From: Camelus dromedarius
Lineage: Eukaryota
Length of the DNA stretch: 64,000 nucleotides
NCBI RefSeq assembly: GCF_036321535.1
Contig: NC_087436.1
Span: forward strand, 85,128,001-85,192,000
Direction: 5' to 3'
Part shown: positions 24,705 through 36,835 of the stretch, one piece after another
How positions within the stretch are numbered: the first letter of the stretch is position 1
Layout: each line of letters opens with the position of its first letter
Made by a program: the position numbers and the translations under genes
The notes under the pieces: generated by a model
The model's database searches: none
Told to the model about the DNA's origin: nothing
The model's input: only the letters and a program-made list of their open reading frames with translations

Positions 24705-27160
24705 ATTTTGCCTTTTTGGTTAAGTTTATTCCTAAGTGTTTTATTCTTTTGATGCTATTTTAAGTGGCATTGTTAATTTCTTTTTCAGTGTTTGTTGTTA
24801 GTGTATAAAAATGCAACTGATTTTTGTATGTTGATTTTGTGTCCTGTTACTTTGATGTTTATTAGCTGTAACTTTTTTGTAGACTGTCTTACATATAAGA
24901 TCATGACCTCTGTGAACAGAGATAATTTTTCTTCTAACTTTCCAATTTGAATGCGTTTTACTTTTTGCTTAATTGTTCTAGCCAGGACTTGCAGTATGGT
25001 GTTGAATAGAAGTAGTGAGAGTGGAAATCCCTATCTGGTTCCTCATCTTAGAGGAAAAACTTTCAGTTTTTCACTCTTGAGTGTGATATTAGCTGTGGAG
25101 CTTTTCATAAATGGCTTTTATTATGTTGAGAAAATTTCTGTCTGTTCCTCGTTTGTTTAGTGTTTTTATCATAAAAGGGTGTTGATTTATGTCAAATGCT
25201 TTTTCTACATTAATTGTGAGGTAATCATATGATTTTTATCATGTGGTTTATCACATTAGCTGATTTTTGTATGGCAAGCCATCGTGTCCCAGGGATAAAT
25301 TCCATTTGATCATGGTGTGTGATTCTTTGATGTGCTATTATATTTGATTTGTTAATATTTTGTTGAGAATTTTTGCATCTGTATTTATCAGGGATGTTTG
25401 CTTGTGGGTCTGTCTGGCTTTGTCTCAAGGTAATGTTGGCTTCATAAAATGACTTTGGAGGTATTCCTTTCTCCTCAGTTTTTTGGAAAAGCTTGAGAAG
25501 GATTGGTGTTAATTCTTTAAATGTTTGGTAGAATTCTCCAGTTGAATATTTGGCCCTGGGCTTTTCTTTGTTGGGAGGTTTTTGATTACTGATTCATATA
25601 TCCTTATTAGTTACTTGTATGTTCAGATTTTCTGTTTCTTCATGATTCAGTCTTGATAGGTTGTATGTATCTAGGAATTTATTTCCTCTAGATTACCTCA
25701 TTTGTTGGTGCTTAATTGTTCGTGGTAGTTTATTATGATACTTTGTATTTCTGTGGTATTGCTTGCAGTGTTTCCTATTCTTGTTCTCTGCTAAAAACTT
25801 TCATTTTTAAAATTTTTTTTTTAATTCTCTATTTTGTTTCTTCTTTAATCTTTATTATTTCCTTCTTTCTGCTAGTTTGGGGCTTAGTTTGTTCTTTTTC
25901 TAGTTCCTTGAGATGTAAAGTTGGGATCTTTATTTGAGATCTCTCTTCTTTTTTAATGTAGTAGTTACCACTGTAAACTTCCCTCCTAGTACTGTTTTTG
26001 CTGCATCCCATAAGCTTTGATGTGTAATGTTTTTGTTTGTCTCAAGACATTTTGTAATTTCTTCTTTGACCTGTTGATTTTTCAAGAGTGTTTAATTGCC
26101 ATGTTTGTGAATTTTCCAGTTTACCTTGTACTACTGATTTCTAGTTTCATTCTATTGTGGTCAGAAAAGATACTTGATAGGATTTCAATCTTAAATTTGA
26201 TAAGACTTGTTTTGTGACCTAACATGATCTATCCTGGAGAATGTTCCATGTGCATTTGAGAAGAACATGTATTCTGGTGCTGTTGGTGGAATATTTTAAG
26301 TCCATTGGTCTACAGTGCTGTTCAAGCCATCTGTTTCTTTATTGATCTCTGTCTGAGGTTCTGTCCATTGTTGAAACTGGGGTATTGAAATCTGCTAATA
26401 CTGTGTTGCTATCTCTTTCTCAGTTCAGTTCTGTCAGTGTTTGCTACAAATATTTTGAGTGCTTTGATGTTGGTTGTGTATGTATTTATAATTGCTATAT
26501 CTCCCTGATTAATTTGACCCTTTCATTATTATATAATGTCCTTTTTCTCTCTTGTGACAGTTTATGACTTAATCTATTTTGTCTGATACAGGTGTGGCCA
26601 CTCTTGCTCCCTTGGTTATCATTTGCATGGGTTATCTTTCTAGTCGTCTACTTTCAGTCTGTGTGTGTCCTTAAATCTAACGTGAGTCTCTTATATATAA
26701 CATATAGTTGAATCTTGTTTTTAAATCCATTTACCTAGTTTGTCTTTTGATTGGTAACTTTAATTCATTTGCATTTAAATTCATTACTGAGAGGGAAGGA
26801 GTTACTATTGTCTTTTTTGTTCACTGTTTTTGTCTTTTTGTCACTTTTTTTCTCTTGTCTTCCTTTATGTTTCACTGATTTTTTTTTTTTTTTAATAGTG
26901 ACATGCTTTGGTTCCTTTCTCATTTCCTTTTGTGTATCCTCTGAAGGTGTTTTCTTTGTGCTTATCATGGGTCTACATAAAACATTATGTAGTTGTAATG
27001 GTCTGTTTTAAGCTGGTAACAACTGAACTCAAAAAACTCTATTCTTTTACTTCTCTCCCCCACCACACTTGGTTTTCTCTGTCACAAATTACATCTTTTT
27101 ATATTGTGTATTTATTAACATATTTTTATGGTTACACTTATCTTTATACTTTCTTTTAGC
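24705..27160 (-). mobile_element. Degraded L1 fragment (ORF1 end through ORF2 EN/RT), lacking the 3' end
   Basis: Antisense ORF2 motifs homologous to the 21600-22150 copy; ORF pieces 25829..26011 and 25225..25428 are L1-like. Confidence 0.85.
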
Positions 27161-27368
27161 TTCTGTAGTAAGAATTATGATTGTTGTAGTTTACTTTTTA
27201 AGTTATTTTCTTTTAGAAACAATTTGTAGAGTTTAGCGTTTGTTACATGCATTTTTGTGATGAAGTTCTAAATTTTGTTATGTTTCAAAATTATTTTAAA
27301 ACCTTTTTCATGATAAATGGCTATGTAAGTTGAATAAATCTAACAATTTGTTTTTCTTGTTTAAACAG

Positions 27369-27460
27369 AATTCTGAGACTGATGGTCAGCCATACAGAAG
27401 GATACATTGAACCTATAGTTTTCTGAAGAATCAGTTCAAAAGATCCAAAAAATACAAAAG
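27369..27460 (+). other. CLOCK: CLOCK non-coding 5'-UTR exon (92 nt)
   Basis: Acceptor ttaaacag|AATTCTGAGAC and donor AAAAG|gtaatg. Resembles the recalled human UTR exon (aattctgagac...gaacctatagtt..tgaagaatcagtt.aaaagatccaa). Unique sequence lying between two L1s. Confidence 0.85.
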
Positions 27461-27579
27461 GTAATGAAAGGGTTGTATCTTGGAATATACTTTGAAATGA
27501 CATATTCCCTGAAAAAATATATAAAAAATCCATAAACTATTTTGACACACTAATTTGAGTAATGTTTTATTTAAAATTT

Positions 27580-30500
27580 TTTCCTGTTGAGGATTTTGCT
27601 TTTATTTTCATCAGTGATTTTAGCCTGTAATTTTCTCTTTTTGTGGTGTCTTTGTCTTGTTTTATTATCAGGGTGATGCTGGCTTCATAGAATGAGTTCA
27701 GAAGTATTCCTTCCTCTTCAGTTTTTTGAAATAGTTTGAGAAGGATAGATACTAACACTTATTTAAGTGGTTAGTAGAATTCGCTTGTAGAAGCTGTCTG
27801 CTCCTGGACTTCTTTTTGTTGTGAGTTTTTAAAATTGCTGATTCAATTTCATTACTGATAATCAGTCTTTTCATATTTCCTGTTTCTTCCTGATTCAGTC
27901 TTGGGAGATTGTATGTTTCTAGGAACTTGTCCATTTCTTTTAAGTCATTCATTTTATTGGTGTATAGTTGTTATAATCTCTTATGATCCTTTGTATTTTT
28001 GTGGTGTTATTTATAACTTCCCCTTTTTTACTTATGATTTTATTTGGGGGTCTCTCTCTCTCTCTCTCTTTTTTTTCCTTGATGAATCTGGCTAAAGGTT
28101 TATCAGTTTTGTTTATCTTTTCAGAAAACCAGATCTTTGTTTTATTGGTCTTTTGTGTTGTTTTTTAGTCTTTATTTCCTTTGTTTCTACTCTGAGTTCT
28201 TATTTCTTTCCTTCTACTAACTTTGAGTTTTCTTTGTTCTTCTTTTTCTAGTTCCTTTGGGAGATTAGGTTAGATTGAGATTTTTCTTGTTTCCTGAGGT
28301 AAACTTGTATCACTATAAACTTCCCTCTTGCAGCTGATTTTGCTGCATCCCATAGATTTTGGATCATTGTGTTTCCATTTTCTTTTGTATTATACTGTAG
28401 GTATTTTTAAAATTTTCTCTTTGATTTCTTCAGTGACCTGTTGGTAGTTTAGTAGCATATTGTTTAGATTCTACATCTTTGTGTTTTTTGCATTTTTTTC
28501 TCATAGTTGATTTGTAGTCTCATACTATTGTGATCTGAAAAGATGCTTGATATGATTTCAGTCTTCATAAATTTATTGAAACTTATTTTGTGGCCTAGCA
28601 TGTGATCTATCCTGCAGAATGTTCCATGTACACTTGAAAAGAATGTATTCTGCTACTTTTGAATGGAATATCCTTTATATGTCTATTAAGTTCATCTGAT
28701 CTAAAGTGTTGTTTTAAGCCAGTATTTCCTTACTGATTTTGGGTTTGGATGATCTGTTCATTGATGTAAGTGGGGTGTTAAAGTCTCCTACTGTTGTGTT
28801 ACTGTTAATTTCTCCCTTTATATTTGTTAGTATTTGTCTTATGTATTTAAGTGCTTCTGTGTTGGGTGTGTATATATTTACAATTGTTATATTTTTTTCT
28901 TGGATTGATCTTTTTATCATTATGTAATGTCCTTCTTTTTCTCCTGTTAAGTCTTTATTTTAAACTCTGTTTTGTCTGATATAAGTGTTGATACAGCTTT
29001 CTTTTTGTTTCTGTTTGTATCGAATAGCATTTTCCCTCTCCTCACTTTCATTCTTTGTATGTCTTAGTTCTGAAATGAGTCTTTTGTAGGCAGCGTATGT
29101 TTGGGTCTTTTTTTTTTTTTAATCCATTTGGCCACTTTGTGTTTTTCGATTGGAGCATTTAGTTCATTTACTTTTTTTTTTTTTAACATTTTTTATTGAT
29201 TTATAATCATTTTACAATGTTGTGTCAAATTCCAGTGTTCAGCACAGTTTTTCAGTTATTCATAGTTCATTTACTTTTAAAGTAATTATTGTTGGATATG
29301 TACTTCTGGCCACTTCATTAAGTGTTTTCTGGTTGTTTTTCTAGGTTTTTTATTTATTTATTTTTTTGCTTTGGTTTTTTTTTTTTTTGTTTTGGTTGTT
29401 CCTTTCTTCTGCTGCTCACTTTGTTTGTGATTTGATTTCTATCTCTAATGTTATATTTATTTGAATTCCTTTCTTTTCTTTGTGTATGTATCTATTAAAG
29501 ATTTTTGAGTATTGGTTACCATGAGATTTACATATAACTTTGTGTGTGTGTATGAGATTATTTTAAGTTGGTTTGAATGCAGTGTAACAAACCTGCATTT
29601 TTACTTGCCACCCCCACAGTGTTTAATGGTTTTGACAGCATATTTTACATCTTTTTGTTTTGTGTGTTCCTTAACTACTTTTTGTGGATGTAGATGATTT
29701 TGCTACTTTTGCTTTTCAGTCTTCCTCCTAGCTACTATCTTTACTGTATGTTTTCCTTTACCAGTGAGTTGGTTTTTTTTTTTTTTTTTTGGAATTTTTG
29801 TATTTCTGGTTATGGTCTTCTTTTCCACTTAGAGACTTTCCTTTAACATTTCTTGTAAAGCCAGTTTAGTGGTGCTGAACTCTTTTAACTTTTGCTTGTC
29901 TGTAAAACCCTTTATCTCTCCTTGAAATCTGAAAGATAGCCTTGTCAAGTTGACTACTTTTGGTTGTCGGTTTTTCCTTTCATCACTTTGAATATATCTT
30001 GAAACTCCCCTCTGGCCTTCAAAATATCTGCTGAGAGCTCCCTTGTACTTAACTAGTTGCTTTCTCTTGCTTTTTTTTTAAGATTCTGTATCTTTAATTT
30101 TTGCCATTTTAGTTACAGTGTTTCTTGATGTGGACTTTTTTGAGTTGATCTTGTTTGGAACTCTTTGTGCTTCCTCGGCCAGGACATGGATCTTTCCCAG
30201 GTTAGGGAAGTTTTCAGGTTTATTTTTTCAGATAAGTTCTCTGCCACTTCCTCTGTCTCTCACCTTTCTTGGACTCCTATAATTTGAATGTTAGTATGCT
30301 TGATGTTCCAAAGGTATCTTAAGGCATCTCATTTAAAAAAAAAAATTCTTCTTTTTCTCTTTAGCTTGGATGATTTCCACTACTCTGTCTTCCAGTTCAG
30401 TGGTCTATTTCTCTGTATCATCTAATTTACTGTTGGTTTCTTCTGCAGTATTTCTTATTTCAGTTTTTGTGTTCTTCAACTCTTTTTGATTCTTCTCTAT

Positions 30501-30915
30501 ATTTTCTAACTCTTTGTTAAACTTCTGCCTTTGTTCATTCTTCTCCTGAGTTCTTTGAACATTTTTTATGGTCATTACCTTGAACTCTTTATCAGGGAGA
30601 TTGCTTATCTCTAGTTAAACTTAGCTCTTTTTCTGCCTTTTTTTCTTGTTCTGTAGTTTAGAACATACTCCCCTATCTCCTCATTTTGCCTGATTTTCTG
30701 TGTTTATTTTTATATACTATGTATGTCAGTTATGTTTCCCAATCTTGGAAAAGTCACCTTATTTAGAAGTCCTGTGGGGCCCAGTAGCACACTTGCGTCT
30801 GGTCACCAGAGCCATATATTCTAGTAGTGTCCCCTTTGTGGCTTTTCTGATGTGATGGGGCTGACTACTGTGTGTGCTTTGGTAGGTGAGGGTGGCTTTC
30901 AGTCTTACTGGCTGC
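27580..30915 (-). mobile_element. Degraded L1 fragment (5' UTR/ORF1 through the first half of ORF2), lacking the 3' end
   Basis: ORF pieces 28714..28920 (endonuclease, VGDFNTPL), 27752..27952 (MDKFLETYNLPRLNQEE) and 27567..27758 ([11 protein letters not shown]). Confidence 0.9.
29176..29262 (-). mobile_element. Very short young L1 3' tail nested in the older L1
   Basis: Poly-T plus L1 3' end; perfect TSD tagttcatttactttt at 29160-29175 and 29263-29278; similar to the copy at 62597. Confidence 0.85.
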
Positions 30916-31329
30916 CGGGCCATTCCTCAAGGACATACCAGTACTAATCAGAGAAGGAGCAGCTAGTGAGATGGATAGAAAAGTAGGAAAGTGTTGTGTC
31001 ACAGAAGCCAGGAAAAGAAAAGTAATAAATGCATAAATAGTCATTTATATCCCACGTTACTGAGAGTAGAGTAAAGCAGCTGTTTGTCAGCATGAATGTC
31101 ATTGATAACTGTAGTAAAGAGTGAGCAGTATGTGTACTGTAAGTTCTGGCAGGTACTGCTAGCTGACTTTCTCAGTGTCATCAGCAATAAATATACAAAA
31201 GTGCTGGTTTTCTCTACATCCTTCCCCCACCCTCCAAAAAAAGAGTGAGCAGTCTCAGTGGGAGTTGGTGAGGATGAAAGCCTGATTAAAACTGATGAAG
31301 TGAGAATGAAAAAGTTCGATTAAAGATGG

Positions 31330-33610
31330 CAAAAAATACAGTTAACTTCCATTTTCTCTCGAAACTGTATTAATGCTAAAGGATTTTTCTGAACGAGCAG
31401 AGAATGGGAGAGGAAATAATTGCAACAAAATTTTGGATCCTGAAAAGCCAAAGGAAGTGTGGTAACTGTCTTATAGACCCTAGAATCCCAGGCCCACTGT
31501 GGGAATGTTCAGAAACAAACTTTGTGTTACTGTAGGGCCTCTAAAATGTTCAGGAGTTGAGTGTATTCTTTACTTCTGCAAATAAGAGTGAGGGTGGGAC
31601 TAAAAACAGGATGATTTGTTGAAAATCTGTTTATAAGGTTATTCTGCTCCATAAATCCTTCCCTGACTTTGGAAACCCAGGCAACTATCCCTCTTGCCTT
31701 TCTTAGCAGAGGGCTAGAGATTTATTTTCTAGCAAGGACAAAATAGAGGGCACCAAACATAGTTGAAAATGTGGGTACTATATTAAAAATAAGGGATTAA
31801 GATTCTAGGCTACTCAGATTTTTGTAATTTTCAGTGAACATTTTAGAAGAGTCTTCTCTAGGAATTAAAACCAACCTAGAGAAATGGTCTGAAGATAACA
31901 ACATTAAGAATTTCCCCAAAGAAATATTCCAACCTGGTATTGCTACAACAAAGTTCACAGTATCCTACCCTTAAATATGGGCCTGTGACCAAAGATCACT
32001 AGACATTTTAGGAATGCCTCTTTTGTGAGAGTCAAAGACCAAACCAAAAAAGAAAATACCAAGTTAGGGGAAATGGAGACCAACTCAGTAGGTAAGAATT
32101 GAGAGAAACACATAACTGTCATTTAATAGTTTCAGAAAGGTAAGAGGAGATGCTAAATCTGTGAAATATAAAAGAGAAACAATAAAAAATGAAATTAGAA
32201 ATGGAAAACTCAATGGAAGGGCTCAAAAATAGTATTGATATATTGAAAGTGAAGCAAAGAGAAAATTGGAGAGAAGAAATAAGAAAATTGGAGCAATTGT
32301 CAGGATCTTCAGGGTTCAAATAATAGGAGTTCAAGAAAAAGAGAATAGAGTAATTAGAGGGGAGAAATAGGGAATAGAGAACGATTCAACAAAACTGTCC
32401 AGAAATTAGAGGACACAAATTTCCAAGTAGAAAGAGCCCATAGAATGATCAATACAAATATGAAGATTAGTCCAAAATAGGGCATATTATTGTTTAATTT
32501 TAGAACACAGTGGAGCTTCCAAAATAAGAAAAATAGGAGGTCACATATAAAGGATCAGTAATCAGCATGGCTTTGGACTTCTTGATCCCACACTGGAAAC
32601 TCGAAGATAGGGAAGCCTTTAAAAAAATTCTTAAGGAAAAATTATTTCCAACTCAGTATTCAATATCTAGCTAAACTGTTGATTAAAGATTAATGACAGT
32701 TGTAGACTTGTGATGACTCAAAAAAATTTTATCTGCTGTGTTTCCTTTCTTGGGCAATTATTGTAGGAGGAACTCAACAAAAAAGAAGTAAACTACAAAA
32801 ATGAACCCATAGAATAGGAAAAACAGGAAATGCAAGTTAAGTAGAGACCCAGGAAATCACTAGGATGATAGTGAAGAATGATCCTACGATTACCAGTTAC
32901 AGCCATCCAGTCCCAGTAGGAATTGGTCAGAAGGTACCAAGAGAAATATCTGTGAGAAGAGTAAATTGGTAGAATTTGTAATAGGTTTGAAGATATCAAG
33001 AGTAGATTTAGACAGAGAAGAGTTTGGGGCTGAATTGGTGATAAGTATGTAGAAAACTAGGTAAATAATAAAACAATGATTAACTCTAGGGAAAACTAGA
33101 AAAGAAAAGTAATTAGTATACTATATGGCTCAGCTGTTAATTGCATTTACAGAATCATAATAATGTTAATTCTGAGTATAACCACCTAGCCAAAAATCAC
33201 GGTGTTGGGAATCTGGGCAAATAGGCATATGTATGAGGTAAGGATAGGGGAGTTAAAGCTATATTATTATTTTTCACAGTGAAGTTCAATAGATAATACC
33301 TAAAAAACAAAGACACTTTTGAGGGCAAAAGCAAGCAATGTAATTATTGCTTGCTTACATTGGGAAAACTCGAATAAATTGGGAATGTGTAGGAGGCACC
33401 CTACCTAAAACAGAAAGAATCAAGAAGTAACAAAGTAGAAGTTATTAGAGAGTTAACTACCCAAGGAGACAGTTAAAGAGATGAAAGTGGTTGGAAATAG
33501 GCAATGGGGATCAGAGGACTTCTGATTTTTTAAAAAGTCTCATAAGTCTGTTTGGACACTTGAAACTTTGAACAAGGATACATTTGTGAAAATAAACACT
33601 AAATTTAAAA
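31330..33610 (+). mobile_element. Ancient HAL1/L1M-like element
   Basis: Long A-rich strand bias with degenerate ORF1-like motifs (ctaaactgt, ggaaaaattatttccaact); subfamily and ends uncertain. Confidence 0.5.
33306..33403. mobile_element. Possible MER94-like (hAT-Blackjack) remnant
   Basis: gacacttttgag and a terminal cacccta resemble recalled MER94; direct repeat tacctaaaa at 33297 and 33402. Confidence 0.4.
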
Positions 33611-36032
33611 ATAAGAGAGTGGAATTAAAGATGTTGAAACACCAGCTGTACACAACTCTGGTAAGTTGTTTCTCTGTAAAAGCAGGCAGAAAAGGAAGGC
33701 AGTACCTGAAGGGGGATGGTGAGTCAGGGGGGTTTTGTTTGTGCTTTGTTTTTTTAAGGTAAAATACTAAGATGTTGATCAGAATAATCCAGTTATAGAG
33801 GGAGAAATTAGTGTTGTAGAAGTGGAAAGCCTTGAGAGGTGACAGCAGATGGGATTCAGAGGACAAGTAGTATCATGTCATTAGATACTGCATAGTTTAT
33901 TTTTAATGCAGAATGTGTTATTTTATACATGAGTTCTTTTCCAAAGATGGAATGCCAGGCACTGAGATTTTCTGTTAATTATGTGTAATGTTGCATGCTG
34001 AATTTAAAACATATCTGCATCCGTATTTGGCAAAGTTTGAATTGCTTACAGAGTTTGTTATTAATACCTTCCCATTTGATAATATTTTTTTAAATGGCTT
34101 TTAAAATATTTGTAAAAAACATATGCCGTTCTTGACCATCATTGTGATAAAATAGTATCGTGGTACTTACTCAGCTGGGAAGTCATATCACTGAATGATT
34201 CTGAGCTCAAGTTTCTTATATAAAGGAGCATTTGATTCGTAACTGTAACTTGATCCTTTATAATTTGTGATCTTTGGATTCCAATGACTATAACTGATCC
34301 TCTCAAAGTCATTATTGCATACCACACTGGCCTATTAATGTCAATATTTAAGAAAAAAGGCTTTATTGACACAACATTGTAAACTGACTATACTTCAGGA
34401 AAAAAAAGAAAAAAGGCTTTTAATAATAATATTTAATCTATATTACACCATCTATTTGAAATTCCTTGCTGTGTGTAGGGACATTTCATGTCTTCTAAAA
34501 ATGAATCCTTAGAATCCATAGCAAGAGCAATTATGACTCTGCCTACTAGTCTTTTTGTACTGAAAGCATCAGTCCTAGGGTAGTCCCCACACAAGACCTT
34601 TTGGGTGCTCCCCCATTACCGCTTTGTTTTGTTAAAGTTAATTCAACACCATTTAAAGAAGTCAAGAGGAATCTTGTAACAATTGCTCTAGAGTGCTTAT
34701 TTGGGCCTACTTCACTTCTTCCCTTATCTTCCCTTAAATATAGCATGTCTGTCAATTGTCTGGGAAAGTAGAGAAAAGATCTGGGACTCTTGGACTAGAC
34801 TTTTAGAGATGTAGTTTTACATTATTCAGTTAGCTAGACAACAAATAGTATTTGGAAAAATATTGTTAACAACAATATTAAAACAGCCTAATGCTTACCA
34901 GTCTGTCTTCCTAAAGCATTTTGGATTTATTTCCCTTATAATTAGCATGGCTCCTGTTTATATAGTCTTAAGCCCTGGTTTTTAGGGTCCTTTTTTCCCC
35001 CGTTGTTTGCCCTGTTCTACCTTTTGGTAATTAAACAAGCATATACTTGTTGCTATGTAAGTCTCAGATCTGGCCTTTTAAGTTTAAACTGTAACGGTTC
35101 TTTTTAAATTCGTCTAAATTGGCTGTGTTACCTTTGCACTGTTCTTTTTGTTCTGATGATAGAACCAGCCTCTGTTATTACCATGATAAAATAAGTATGT
35201 CTGTTGGACCAGAGGTGATCTTTAAAATCTATTCTCTAAAATTCTGTAATTTTGTATTCCATCTGCTGATGTTGACCCAGACACTTAAAATCATTGTTTT
35301 ATCCTGGAGCTAGTTATTTTTATTTTTAACTCTGACTCCCCCACTCATTATCTTTTAAGACTTCTTAGCCCTTTACAGTCCCATTTCTGCAGCCATAACC
35401 GCATAGGCAGTGCAGCATCATTTATCAAGGGTTATTCTCTCTTCTTCTCATAAATGTACATTTGAAAACAATGATAGAATATTTTAGAATCTCATGCCCT
35501 TTAATCTTTTCTGGTTTAGTTAGAGATACACATTAATTTACACTATTTTCTTAATTTTAAATGAAAAATATAATAAAGTAGAATTTCTTTATGCCTCAGA
35601 CTGTTAGGATATTTATTAGAAGTAAGGTGATTATTCAGTATTTAATTAATGACTATAAAATATAAGTATCATGGATAAAACCTGCCTTATACTTTAGAAC
35701 TACATAGAATATAGAGAGAGAAATTTTAGGCTTATGATTCAGTTTTAAAGCAGTAAATTTTAATTCCTTCAATGTTAGTATGAGACCCTTTATAGTAAGG
35801 CTCTTCTTGACTTGCTTCCACCCCTCTACCACTCCTACTCTCTCTCACTTCATGCTCTAGTAATTAAAACTTCCAGTTGTGATATGCCTAGATTTTTCTC
35901 TAAAGAAAATGCTAAGCCTCTTAAGTTCTCAAATAGGATGCTCTCTCATCTCATAAAGGCCTGTGCCTTTGCAAATTGCTATTCTTATAGTTTCGAATCC
36001 TTTCAACTATTACCTCTTCCTGTCCTTTAGTT

Positions 36033-36190
36033 TGTTATTTCTCGAACTTAAATTGTCATACAAATCACGTGGAGACCTTGTTATAATGAAGATCTGTTTC
36101 AGTAGGACTTAAGGTTGGGCCCAAGATTCTGTATTTTAACAAGCTGTCACATGATGCTGATGGTCTCTGGACCACATTTTCAGTAACAAG
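36033..36190. mobile_element. MER5-like hAT-Charlie element
   Basis: aatcacgtggagaccttgtta...gggcccaagattctgtattttaacaagct...ggaccacatttt. Confidence 0.7.
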
Positions 36191-36745
36191 AATCTAGACT
36201 GCCTTGTTCAGTATCAAGAATCTAGAAATAATCAAGAATATTTCCCCGACTTCCCCCATATGCTTTCTTTATTCCTTAATTATAATTATTTAGTATCTCC
36301 CTATTCAATGCAGATTTTTGCCAACCATGACTGTGTCTTTCATCCTTGTATTTCCAAAGCTAACTGTACTGTTTAACAGAAAACAGGCTTTCAACAAATG
36401 TTTATTGCCCATTGGATGGTGTTACTACAACCTATTTATAGTTGTATAGTCTAATATATACTGAACATTAATAGTGGCTTTTAAATTTTGATCATTTTGT
36501 TTTAGAAAGAAAATGAATTATGAGCTTCATTTTTTCCCCCTGTAAAATCCTTTTTTAGAAGGAAAAAAGAGCCTTAAATGTGCATCAACTAAGGATATTT
36601 GCTTGAAAATAATATTCCACCCTTTGGTACAAACAAAAACATTTTGAAATCTCTAGGATAACATATAGTGTTTCTCAAGTTTACTGTGTGTGTAGAAGTA
36701 AGTTTTTTAGAAACTAATGATGATTTATCTTTCTTTCTACCCAAG

Positions 36746-36788
36746 GAGAAGTACAAATGTCTACCACAAGACGAAAACGTAGTATGTT
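36746..36788 (+). other. CLOCK: Untranslated part of the CLOCK start-codon exon (43 nt)
   Basis: Polypyrimidine tract then ccaag|GAGAAGTACAAATGTC directly upstream of ATG 36789. Confidence 0.85.
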
Positions 36789-36835
36789 ATGTTGTTTACC
36801 GTAAGCTGTAGTAAAATGAGCTCACTTGTTGACAG
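36789..36835 (+). CDS. CLOCK: CLOCK coding exon 1: [15 protein letters not shown](R)
   Basis: ATG 36789; donor GACAG|gtatg; 47 nt. Confidence 0.97.

Noticed and set aside
4501..36071. CACGTG E-boxes at 4501, 5710, 17494 and 36066 as CLOCK autoregulation sites
   Set aside because: Isolated hexamers, three of them inside repeats (L1 microsatellite, MLT1, MER5); no tandem E-box arrangement.
36743..36751. Tandem AAG-GAG-AAG acceptors at the start-codon exon
   Set aside because: Shifts of 3-6 nt fall in the UTR upstream of this exon's ATGs and change no reading frame; GAG is a poor acceptor.
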